This document shows, one piece after another, positions 26,500 to 37,952 of a stretch of 64,000 nucleotides of DNA. The stretch's first letter is position 1; the number at the start of each line of letters is the position of its first letter. Origin of the DNA: Hydrolagus colliei. Lineage: Eukaryota. The stretch covers positions 108,624,001 through 108,688,000 of the forward strand of contig CM068744.1 of assembly GCA_035084275.1 (NCBI GenBank), read 5' to 3'. The position numbers and the translations under genes are program-made. Below the pieces are notes generated by a model. The model was given only the letters and a program-made list of their open reading frames with translations, was not told the DNA's origin and ran no database searches.

Positions 26500-26780
26500 A
26501 ATCAATTGTTAGCACTATCATCTCTAAGTCAAAAGATTGCGGAGTGAAACCTCGTATCAGGACTTTGTGGTCTAGGCTGAAATTCCAGTGCAGTCTCCTT
26601 GAATGAGGTGTTAAACTTGTGATCCTTTGAATGAGGTGTTAAACTAAGGTCCTATCGTTTTACTATTCAATAAATGAAGGGAGTATTTTTCAGTAATCTT
26701 CCAATAATATTATTGTATGCGTCACGGCCATTTGTAATACAACATTTGCTTACAAAAAGTCACTGAACTTGATACAGTAA
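26500..26780 (+). mobile_element. Old DeuSINE-like remnant
   Basis: TAGCACTATCATCTCTAAGTCAAAAGATTG...TCTAGGCTGAAATTCCAGTGCAGT...TGAGGTGTTAAACTAAGG, resembling shark DeuSINEs as I recall them. Confidence 0.55.
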
Positions 26781-26871
26781 CGATGGGACGTCCAGCACCT
26801 AGGCACGTCCTCCCGATGTGAAAGGCAAATGTAATTTTGTTGCTGTTGTATAAGGCATCATAAACATGCCC

Positions 26872-27046
26872 TTCATAGATTCATAGATTCATAGAATTTT
26901 ATGGCACAAAAGGAGGCCATTCGGCCCATCTAGTCTGTGCCGGCTCTTTGAAAAGAGCGATTCAATCCCACTGCCCTGCCCGCTCCCCATAGCCTAATAG
27001 ACCTGTTCTCCCTAAATAAAGATCTAATTCCCTTTTAAAAGTTGTT
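26872..27046 (-). mobile_element. Young CR1 3' terminal fragment
   Basis: Near-identical reverse complement of 14560-14720, with an (AATCTATG)n-type tail. Confidence 0.93.
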
Positions 27047-27344
27047 CATCTTTTACTAAATTTTATCTAGGGTTATGGACATCATCTTGAGCAATGCCAC
27101 CATCGATACACCAGGTGACAAAACTTTGCTCAGAAGGGCCTGGAGTGTTGACCAGTCCCACAAACAGACACATGGAATGACAACAGTTCAATATTATTGG
27201 ATGCTCAAGACTGCGTAGAAGATATATTATTCCAACAGTGAACAAGGTGCCATATTTTAAAAGAAGAAATTCAACTCCATCAACATGGTTCATGTTACCC
27301 TAGCCTCCAAGTCGGAAGAGTTCAATAGACTATAAAACACCGGT

Positions 27345-27612
27345 GGCAATAACATTACATTTGTATAGCCCCTTTCACATCAGGGAGGGGGGACGTTCCA
27401 AGGCACTGGGCAGTATTCATGCGAGCTGGGTGGAATGACTGGGGAGGGTGGAGGGGGGAAGGTGGTTAATCGAAAGCATGGTCAAAGAGGAGGGCCTTAA
27501 GGTGGGCCTTAAGGAAGGCAAGGTGGAGGGACTGCGGAATGGAGTTCCAGAGGGTAGAAGCAGAATGGCTGAAGGACCACCCACCAATGGTGGGGCGGGT
27601 GAAGCGGGGGAC
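27345..27612 (-). mobile_element. L2 3' end
   Basis: RPTIGGWSFSHSASTLWNSIPQSL..LKAHLKALLFDHAF plus tail. Confidence 0.85.
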
Positions 27613-28869
27613 TAGGCTGACACTCCACTGCAAGGTGTTGCATTGACATCCTTTCAATTAAATGATAAAAAAAAAGTCAATTCACTTTGCATCTCTTTGT
27701 GGGACATTGTTGTATACACGTTGTTTACTGGGTACACATACAAATGCACATTTGCTACACTTTCTGGAAAATTCTGCAAAGTGCTTTGTGGCATTTCAAT
27801 GTGCTAAGATGTGATATCAAATATCAAAGATGCTGGCATTATTATATTATACATTACTAAACCCAGGGCACTCAGCTATATTCAGACATAAATCCACCTA
27901 ACCTCATTTATTCGTACTATAAGATCCGATGATTCAGATATGATTACCTAAATCCTACATTTCTATTGTGTTAATAAAAATGAAGACGCAAGTGTAATTA
28001 CAATTTGCGGATAAAATGTAAGATGGGTCCAGGACAAGATTGTAAACCAATTGAATTCCTAAAGAAAACATTTCCTCTTAGCTAAGACAATTAAATGGTA
28101 AAATTATATCTGATTATTTTCAACGATTATGATAATAATCCTTGCATTTGAAATCTCGCTTTGTGAAATAAGTAAAAAATATTGGCAGAAAATACTTCTT
28201 GAAGACTCTAAAAGCATATTTACACTAATGGAATGACTTTCAAAGTTCAAGCTTGCAATAGACCGGAGATTCATCTCCTGATTTTGTGGAGTTCCAATAA
28301 AATGTACACAATTGCAACAAAAACAATCCTCATTAAAAGCATAGTTGCTGGCACTCCCAAATTGTAAAAGGTAGCCTTCAGGAGCCTTCTCTCAGGCGAC
28401 AGCCTCAATGCAATAAAGCTGGCAACAATATCAGAAGTAACAGAGACCTTCATCTCATCAGTTTGACTGCTTTCAAACCCAAGATCTTCATTGAAATAGA
28501 CTTGGCGGCAGTCAGTTTTGCCTGGCAGTATCATGCAAATAGTTGTCAACTGAGTGACCTAATTATTATTTTTTTGAAAATGGATAATTATCCCTGGAAG
28601 AGCAATTGACTGACTCCCACTTACTGCTAGGTAAACAAAGGTGTGTGGAGTAGGGAAACTTGCCCAGTGTTTTGTCCCCGTGTGGGAATTGAACCGAGGT
28701 CATTTCGCTTGCAAATAGATCGTAGTCAAACTTCTTTAAACAAAGGTTTACTAGGAACCATTTATTCCTAATGGTTTGAGCATGCGCACGTATAATACAG
28801 CTACGTATGTGAATTGTCTTTATGCCAATGATCAACTGTATGGTTAGTAAAGTACAAGTATCCTGCGTG

Positions 28870-29790
28870 ACTCTGAATATTTAACTGTACATCATTGACA
28901 CCCAACTCTTTCTCACTTGGTCTGCCTCTACCCTCGCCAACAAGACCACTGCTTTTCTAACCGATTGCCTCCCAGACACACAAGTCCCAGATGAGCTCTA
29001 ACCTCCTCCAATTCAATGTCAACAAAGACTGAGGCTCTCCTGCTTGGCTCTAGTAAGCAGCTTGTCACCTGAGGCACTACATATGGACCTGCACAGAAGC
29101 TCACTTCACTTCACAAGCTGCTGGGGGAACCTTATTTGACCTCCAATTGTCATTCAAGCCCTACATCCAGGTTCAACTTTCTCTCATTTCATAATATTGC
29201 CAGTCTCTACCACCACTTCTCCCTCTGGGCATCCTAGATCCTCATTTATCCCTTCATCATGTAGCTCTTGTAGTAGAGTCATGTAGCTCAGTGGTTACAA
29301 CACTCGCCTTGCAAGCAAGAGACCTGGGTTTGATTCCAGGCACGGCAAATTTACTTACTCCACATCCAAGACTGTTTGTGGAACACTGCTGTCTGCAATT
29401 GGCTGCTGCATTTCGCCCACAAATATACAGTCAATTCACTTTACAGTATATTCTGTGAAGTGCTTTGAGACGTCGATAAGATGTGAAAAGCGCTATATCA
29501 AATGCAAGGATTATTATTATGCCCAATAATAATCCCTCAAGAAAAACACAATAATGAATTGGTCACTTCAATCCACGTCTGTTTGTGGGACATTGCTGTG
29601 TGCAATTGGCTGCCGCGTTTCGTCCACAAATATAGTCAATTCATTTTATAATGTATTCTGCAAAGCAATTTGAGACACTTTTATCCCATGCAAGCTGATT
29701 ATTCCAATTCCCTTCTCTTGCATAGTATCCAGAACTCTGCAGCTTATGTCCTTTCCGACACCAAGCTCGGGTACCGTTATCCTGCTGAAT
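28870..29790 (+). mobile_element. Degenerate L2 interrupted by a SINE and a tandem partial SINE (29272-29677)
   Basis: L2-like AATGTCAACAAAGACTGAGGCTCTCCTGCTTGGC before and CCAGAACTCTGCAGC after; SINE head GTAGCTCAGTGGTT at about 29283. Confidence 0.72.
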
Positions 29791-30219
29791 GAAAATTTAA
29801 AGCTTCTCAATTTTCTTCTTACTGTATCTGCAATTTCTTATGCTTTTGATTGTACTAAAGGTTACACACAGAAAGACATTGCAGCTTTAATTTTAATTGG
29901 TTAATAAAATATTCCGTAATGGTAGAAAAATAATGCACAATTTTGAGTAAAACTTACTTTGTGCTTCACATCTTCATCTGAAAGCTCAGACCAAGTACTA
30001 TGAATGGGTCTCGAGAGGAAATCATAAACAGTGATGGGATCTTTATATGCTCAAAACATTTCCTGGAAATCTTACTGCAACCTTTAACCTCAGGAATATG
30101 AATATACCACTAGTATACAATCTGTTCAAGAACTAAAGTATCAACATTAAATGAACTCACATTTAGTCCAGATCACGTTGTTCAACAACAACTTGCATTT
30201 ATAACTTTAATAATTGCTC

Positions 30220-30440
30220 ATTGCAATCCAGGACTGTTTGTGGGACACTGCTGTGCGCAATTGGCTGCCGCATTTCCCCCACAAATAATCAGACAATTCA
30301 CATTACAGTATATTCTGTGAAGCACTTTGAGACGTCTAGAAGACGTGAAAAGCATGGGATCAAATGCAAGGATTATTATTCATTATTATTATATATTATA
30401 TATATTATATATTATTATATATATTAGTATATTATATATA
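30220..30440 (+). mobile_element. SINE 3' half with an expanded AT-rich (TATTA/TA) tail
   Basis: GACTGTTTGTGGGACACTGCTGTGCGCAATTGGCTGCC...GGATTATTATT then TATATATTATA repeats. Confidence 0.88.
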
Positions 30441-31725
30441 CAGGATAGCATCTTACAAGTGCTTGACAGGGGCAATTATTCCAGCAGTATTATCATACAG
30501 TATAATTACTATAGACACTAAAGAGGTAAATAGCCAGAGTATTGAAAATCAAGATTATTCACTGGAATAACACTGTGAAGTTAGTGTATTTTGAGAAGGA
30601 TGGAATTTTTTTTAGCAAACACACACACTGAGCATTTTCTGAAGTTATATTTATTACCAAAGTAAATATCACATATAATCAAAGAGATTGGGCAGAAAAC
30701 AAGAGAAGGTGATTTTTTTTTTTTTTTTTAATTTCAATTGTTAATGTTTTTTAACGATAGCTATTAAAGGAATGTCTGACAGCTGTTTTGTGGTCTGAGC
30801 TCTACAAATCAAGTCATAAATTAGGTTAAGAGGAGGAAATAAGTACTTTATCAAATAACAGCCACATTTATCTTTCACACTAAAATACATCACAGACAAA
30901 CTCTATGGTTGAGCCCTTCTATACCCTTGATATTATCTTATCAATGCTTCCATTTTACACTGAACAATGTTACTTCTGGAACGCTACAATTTCTGGTTAA
31001 ATTGCTTCAGAATGAAAAGTATGATGATGGTTTGTTTTATTCAGATCTAGCCAGATTTCCAAAACAAAAGCACCCAAAACGTTTAGAAATGAAAAGACTT
31101 GGAATAAAACATAAAATAATAATAACCATATCAAAACAAAGGAAACTTTCTTGCGAGAAGGAAGAAAAACATTTAGAGAGATGTCCAACAAATCATGTTT
31201 TCTTTTTTAAAAACAATACTGCTGGGCTACTGGTGACATGTGTGTCATGTTAGTCACTACATATGGAAGTCTGGCACAAAATAAAGGAAAGCTCCTTTGC
31301 TACAAGTCTTTTGAGTTAGAAGTCAAGTACATTCAACATCAATTCAAAGCAGTTCTCAAAGTCACACTGATGCTAACTCTGCAGTTTCAATCATATTGAA
31401 TCATGATGAGAAACAGAAGTCTCCACCATCTGGAGGAGATAGCCTCTCACACAGCACCACTTTCACATTGTTTGTGGTGTGACCAATGCTGGGACGGACA
31501 ACTTTCTACTTTCTAAAACGCACAACTGAAAGTTTTACAAGTCACGAAGAAACTCGTAGGGGGCATCTTTAAATTTTCATTGTCAATGAAGGGCTGTCAA
31601 ACCAAGTATCGCTTCTGCTGCTTAAAAACAATTGCAACCATTCAGATACATCTGCAGAACAGGCAGCATAATTCCAGGCCTGCAATGCAACATCTCTCTC
31701 AAACACTAGTGTTCAGATGAAACAC

Positions 31726-32364
31726 ATAATAATAATCCTTGCACTTGATATAGAGCTTTTCACGTCTTCTAGATCAATTGAGGACCTGGCCTAGAAGGCC
31801 TTTTTCAGTAATGTACCCCTTGTTAATTTTCAACATTATTGTGTACCCCCACCCAACCACATACACACACACACACCCCTCATTCCACTTGCATTTTATG
31901 ACCAAGCTTTTCTTATACTGTATAACAAAATAACTAGCGCATACAAAACAAGTGGAATAACAATTAAATATACAATTTGGAAGGCTATAAAACGTTAAAT
32001 AAAAGAGCTAAATAAATCAATGTACCGCCACCTGTACCCCCTGAAAGTAATTTTGTACACCCTGGGGTACATGTACCCCTGGTTGAGAAGCGCTGTTCTA
32101 GATGTCTCAAAGTGCTTCGCAGAACATACAGTAAAGTGAATTGACTGTATATTTGTGGATGAAATGTGGCAGTCAAATGCGCACAGCAGTGTCCCACAGT
32201 CATGAATTGAAATGACCAGTTTTATTATCTTTTTTTTTAGGGATTATTATTAGGCGTATGGAGTAAGGATACTTGCCCAAGGTTTTGCCCTGACCTGCCT
32301 GGATTCGAACACAGGTCTCACACATGTAAGGCGAATGCTCTAACCACTGAGCTACAGGTCTCCA
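31726..32364 (-). mobile_element. Full-length SINE split by a DNA transposon insertion
   Basis: Tail at 31726-31774 and remainder at 32096-32364 join into the consensus once 31775-32095 and one TSD copy are removed. Confidence 0.9.
31775..32095. mobile_element. hAT/Charlie-like MITE
   Basis: Perfect 8-bp TSD TTCTAGAT (31767-31774 and 32096-32103); right end reads CAGCGCTTCTCAACCAGGGGTAC on the minus strand. Confidence 0.85.
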
Positions 32365-34777
32365 TTCTCTCATAACTGGATAACTGAGGGTTGGTTTATC
32401 ATTTTATATAAACATGAAACGTAACAGCAATCACCGTTCAACTGCTTCTTGCTTGAATTGAAAACTGCAAGCAAATGGTTACAAGCAATAGAAAGGCCAC
32501 TAAAATTAATATGTAATTGTGCAATTTTCAGTCATTATACTGGGACGTCTTTCTAACATAAAGGGCACTATACAAGTGTAATTTGTTGTTGTTGGACTGA
32601 GGAAGTCCCCTCTGACATGACTTGAGATTTGCTATTTTAATGTACTGTACTATGAAGAAAACAGTACTCCTGTCACACGAGACAAGATTCTTTATGGAGA
32701 AACCTTACACAGCCAAAACAATTGCAGCATTTTGTAAAACATAAAACATGATGTACAGTTGTAAATGCAAGTTTAAATCCAAATGCAATTGTTAAATAAA
32801 CGTGTCAAATAATTATCAAAATTGCAGCTTCAAACAGTCAATATTTTAGCTGTTGGATTGATGCCCAGAAGTCCAGTAATTTATGCAGTATGGCATTATT
32901 CCAGAGATCAACTGGCGACACACATTGAGTTTAAGCTTCATCTGAAAATAAGTGAAACATACAACTTTTGATCATGTTCTCAATATAACTAGAAACGACG
33001 TTAGACGGACAAATATTGGGATTTGACCACTTTACTCTCTAAATGCATTTTTTTTAAATAAAGGAAGTAGCAATTTAAATATGCCACACTGTAGAGTTGA
33101 ACATACTCAAAAGTATCAAATACTATGTTTTGAGAAGATAAACACTAAAGCATCAGTCTCAGGCAGCTCCTATATTCCCTGTAACTGAAGGAAATCTACC
33201 ACAAATAATTGAAAGCACTTATTCAAAAAATGTAACTCACACTAATCACAAAACCGTTTGCTGGCAACATTCAAATCATGGCATTGAAACATATTTCAGT
33301 GTTTAGTATCTATTTGAAAAATCTCACCAAAAAGATAGTACAAAAAATCTCAGCAAAGGGAATATTGAAATGAAATAGGTAAAATAGAGAATTGAAAGAA
33401 ATCTAACATTAACATTCATCACGTTTCAATAACTCAATTACTATTCCAAGGCACAGTACTGTACTGTATTAAATTGAAGTAAGGTCATTTTGCCTTTTGC
33501 TCCCTACCGAACCCTTTAATCTGATTGAGACATCACTTTAAGAAAGTAAGTTATACTGTACAGTAGTAATACTTGACTGCCCTAAACTTTTAGTTAAATG
33601 TTGCATTTTAATTTAAATAACATTGTGTTCATTTTGCCTCAGTAGTCCAATACAGTACAGGTATCTTAAATTGGAAAGATCCGCAGCACTCTTCATCATT
33701 GTCGATCAACCAGCCAACCTGGCATGTCAGAAGGCCTTGGAGAAGCACGTTAAGGACTGGAGGCAGGGATTCTTCCCACTTCGCTCTCATTAACACTACA
33801 AGTCAAAACCCGAATCAGTAGTAAGGCCTTATTGGAAAAGCAGCAGTAAATTTACCAGCGCTCGTAATGGTAGGTTGATTACAACAAACAACAACTTGCA
33901 TTTATATAGCAACATTCACATAGAGTATTCTCTTGGAGCACTTCATAGGAACAGGGTTGGACACCAAACAAACAAAACTTACATTTATATAGCGCCTTTC
34001 ACGTCGAGAGGACATCCCAAGCAACAATGAGGAGGAAGGGGGAGAGTGAGGCCGTCTTAAGCACTTTTAATCGTGGGGTTTGAGGCGAGACTCAACGACA
34101 GCAAGAGAAGTGAGGAAATTTCAGTGGTTAAGCTGGTTGAACTCCAGCAGCGCTCCAATGCACACTCTCTAGGGTCACCAAGTTTGGCTCTTGCCATCCT
34201 GCACATCAATTCTCTGGGATTGGGTAAACAGAGTGCAACCCCCCCCCGGGGAGAGATTGAACATAATGTGCCAAACAGAAGGAAATCATACATATGTGAA
34301 ACTCACAACAGGTTGGTTTGGAACATGGTGATGCATTTTCACATGTGTTATATAGATATCTGATGAAAATAAAGACTCACTGCAAATAACTGCGTATCTG
34401 AAAGAAATGAAGAGGGACACTTTAGACTGAATGGTTAGGCTCCCAACAGAGCTGGAATTCCAGTCTTGACCACATTCCCTTCTTCTTTGTGAGTGAGCTT
34501 TAATCATGCGTGTGTCATTGGATTTCTCGTGTGAGTTATTTGAACATTGAATATTGTCTAGAAGTCATGCAGAATTATTTTTTAAATTTGCAAACATTGA
34601 TCCCATCGTATAATTCGAAATATTTTTCCTGAATCTAATTATTAATTCCTAACAGCTTACAACAACAATTTGTTATAGCGCCCTCCTTGCCAACAGGGTC
34701 TCAGAGCACTTCACACTGGCAGAGCCCGAGGCCGAAAGAGGGGGAGGGGGAAGGGGACTGTTAGCGCAGTCCAAGTT

Positions 34778-35600
34778 CAACAACAACAACAACAACCAAT
34801 TTATATAGCGCCCTCCACGCCAGATGGCGTCTCAGAGCGCTTTCAAACGCAACCTAAAGAAAGGAAAGGAGAGGGTGAGGAGAAGGCGTTGACTGATGGA
34901 GCTCCAAAGTTTCAGGGAATAGTGGCTGAAAGCATGGGCACCGATAGTGGAGCAGAGGATTCGGGGACAAGGAAGAGGTCGGACTCAGTAGAGCGGAGGC
35001 AGCGGGCACTGCTTTGAGGAGGTTAGAGAGGTAGGGGGCTGCTCAGGCATGGAGGTATTTGAACACAAGAGTGAGGATCTTAACGTTGATCCACTCTGTG
35101 ACAGGGAGCCAATGCATTTTGGCAAGGACTGGGGTAATCGGGTTACTAAGTTTAGTGCGAGTGAGAATGCGGGTGGCGGAAGTTTCTAATGAGTTGAATT
35201 TTGTGAATGGTGGAGGAGCAGAGATAGGCACAGAGGACATTGGAGTAATCTAGCCGAGAGATGACAAAGGCATAGACTAGGGTTTCGTCAGCTGTTGGGG
35301 TGAGGTATTGGCAGAGATGGCTAATGTGTTGGAGATGGAAGAAAGCAGTGCTGGTCAGGGACCAGATGTGGGAGAGGAACGATAGCTGGGGATTGAACCT
35401 AATACTGTACCTAAGTTGCACACAGGTTCGGAGAGTTTTAGGGGCAGGTTGGGTGGGTTGAGGAGGTTGAAACCGTGGGACAGAAGACATTGACAGGAGC
35501 CAAAGAGTATGGCTTCCGTCTTGTTGGCATTTAACTGCAGGAAATGTGCGCTCATCCAGCTCTTGATATCTGTGCTCTTCACACTTGGCATTCGATGTGA
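34778..35600 (-). mobile_element. L2 3' region (second tail type)
   Basis: DIKSWMSAHFLQLNANKTEAILFG; ETLVYAFVISRLDYSN; PITPVLAKMHWLPV; tail GAGACGCCATCTGGCGTGGAGGGCGCTATATAAATTGGTTG. Confidence 0.9.
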
Positions 35601-35769
35601 TGATTGAGGGTGCTTGAGGGGGCGTATAGAGGAGGTGGAGGGTGGTGCAATACAAAAAGTAACAGAATCACTTATCTTGGGACTGAAAGATTCTAGGATT
35701 GATTTCCAGTGTGTTCACTGAATGTTTCAGCCATTTGTGGTTGATATTGAGTGGCAATGAATTGAAGTA

Positions 35770-37150
35770 CAACAACAACAAAAAGTACTTGGAAAGTGCC
35801 TTTCATGTTGAGAGGACGTCCCAAGGTGCTGAACAATGAGTGTGGGGGCTGGGAGGGAGAGGGTTGGGAATGAGGGAGGGCAGAGAGATAGGAAAGTGGC
35901 TGAAGGTCGAAGAGGAAGGTCTTGAATTCGTGCCTTGAAGGAGGCAAGGGGGAGAGCAAGGCGAAGGAATTGTGTTCCAGAGGGAGAGGGCAGAGAGGCT
36001 GAAATCCCAGCCACCGATGGTAGGGCAGGTCGGGTGGGAGACACGGAGCAGGCTGGCAATTACTGAGTGGAGGAAGAGGACAGATTGATGGGGGTCAACA
36101 GGTCAGAATGTAGCAATGGGCAAGTTCGTTCAAGGCCTTGAAAGTGAGGACGAGGATTTTGAATTGTATCCTCTGAGGGATGGGTAGCCAATGGATTCAG
36201 GAAAGGGTGGGGGTGATGGGGTCATGGAGCCTTGTGTGGGAGAAGACACGAGCTGCAGATTTCTGGATAATCTGTAGCTTGTGGAGGGAAGAGTTGAGGA
36301 GGCCGACAAGGACGTAATTTCTGCAATCGAGCCTCGAGGTGATGAATGTATGAGGATTTTGGCGGCCTGCGAGGTGAAGCAGTGGCGAAGTCAGGCAATG
36401 TTACGGAGGTGGCGGAAGGCAGAGTGAGTCATGGGATTGATATGGGGGAGCAAGGACAGTTGAGGTTCAAACAAATCGCCCAGATTCCTGACTGGTTTGG
36501 TGAGGTGGAGTGTGCATCCGTGGATGCCGATTCTGCCAGCGCCTGAGATGGGGTGGCGCTGACTTGAGCCAATCATGAAGGCCTCAATCTTGTTGACATT
36601 CAGTTACACAAAGTTCTCTCTCATCCAGGACTTGATGTTTGACAGACAGTCTATCAGGATACACGTTATGCTAGAATCCGGGGTTGAAGCAGAGATAGAG
36701 TTAAGTGTTAGCCGCATAGAAGTGGAAGTTGACCTCATATCTGTGGATGATGGCACCCAGTGGGAGTATGGAGGGGTTGAAGAGAAGGGACTAAGGATAG
36801 AGCCATGAGGAATACTGCACAAAACTGTGTGGGGGCTGGAAGGAAAACTGTTAGCGGAGACAAATTGGAGATATTGTGAGAGATACAACCTGAACCATTC
36901 TATTACAGAACCTTGAAGTTTGAGGTGAGAGGAGATGGAGAGTCAGTAGAGGAAGATGGAGTGGACTCATGAGGGTATCCTTGAGGTCTGAAGGCAGCAT
37001 TACCCAGAGTTTGTGTCTGATTCCACAGGCAGTAGCAGAGATCCATCTGCATGGAGGATGGAAGAGTTGGTGGAACGTATAGAACAGATTGGCAGCCTTA
37101 ATGACCCAATCTATTGGGAGGAGACAGACTCTGGGCAGGGCAGCGGATGC
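35770..37150 (-). mobile_element. L2 3' region of about 1.4 kb
   Basis: IPHGSILSP, DCLSNIKSWMRENF, KPVRNLGDLFEPQLSLLPHI..AFRHLRNIA, tail (TTG)n. Confidence 0.9.
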
Positions 37151-37545
37151 AAAGGGTGTTAATGCTGAGTTCCTGAAAATGCTTGGCTTGTAAAATGAAT
37201 CCTCTAACTGCTGAGCTACAGTTCTCCACATTATGGTTTCCATCTGCAAAAGGGATTTTAGCTGGTTACACTCCAGTAATAACCGAGCAACACTCTGGGG
37301 TCCCCAAGAAAATACAGTATTTGCATCTGACACTCCCCACAATTAGGTAAGCAGGATGCATCCCTCCAGGGAAATAGTGCACATTCCAATCCAATAAATA
37401 TCTCTGGATTCTCTAGGTATAGGTGGGATGCATGAAACTGTTTGAATTAGATACTCTTAAGCAGGAAGATTAGTTTCTGCATGAGTCAGGCACCCAGTTG
37501 ACCAAACAAAATCTGAAAGACATTAATGCTCCAGAGAGAAGCCGT

Positions 37546-37952
37546 TAATAATAATCATAATAATCCTTGCATTTGATATAGAGCTTTTCATATCTTCTAG
37601 ACGTCTCAAAGCATTTCACATAATACACTGTAAAGTTAATTGACTGTGTATATGTGGGCGAAACTCGGCAGCCAATTGCGCATAGCAGTGTCCCGCAAAC
37701 AGTCGGGGATTGATTCATAGATTCATAGATTCATAGAATTTTACGGCACAAAAGGAGGCCATTCGGCCCATCTAGTCTGTGCCGGCTGTTTGAAAAGAGC
37801 CGGCACAGACTAGATATGACCAATTTTTTTTGAGGGATTATTATTAGGTGTGTGGAGTGAGGAAACTTGCCCAAGATTTCACCCTGTCTCGAATTGAACC
37901 CGGTCTCTCGCTTGTAAGGCAAATGCTCTGACCACTGAGCTACAGGACTCCA
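37546..37952 (-). mobile_element. Full-length SINE interrupted by a CR1 tail (37712-37815)
   Basis: The SINE consensus is continuous across the insertion point GGATTG|...|ATGACCAATT. Confidence 0.88.
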
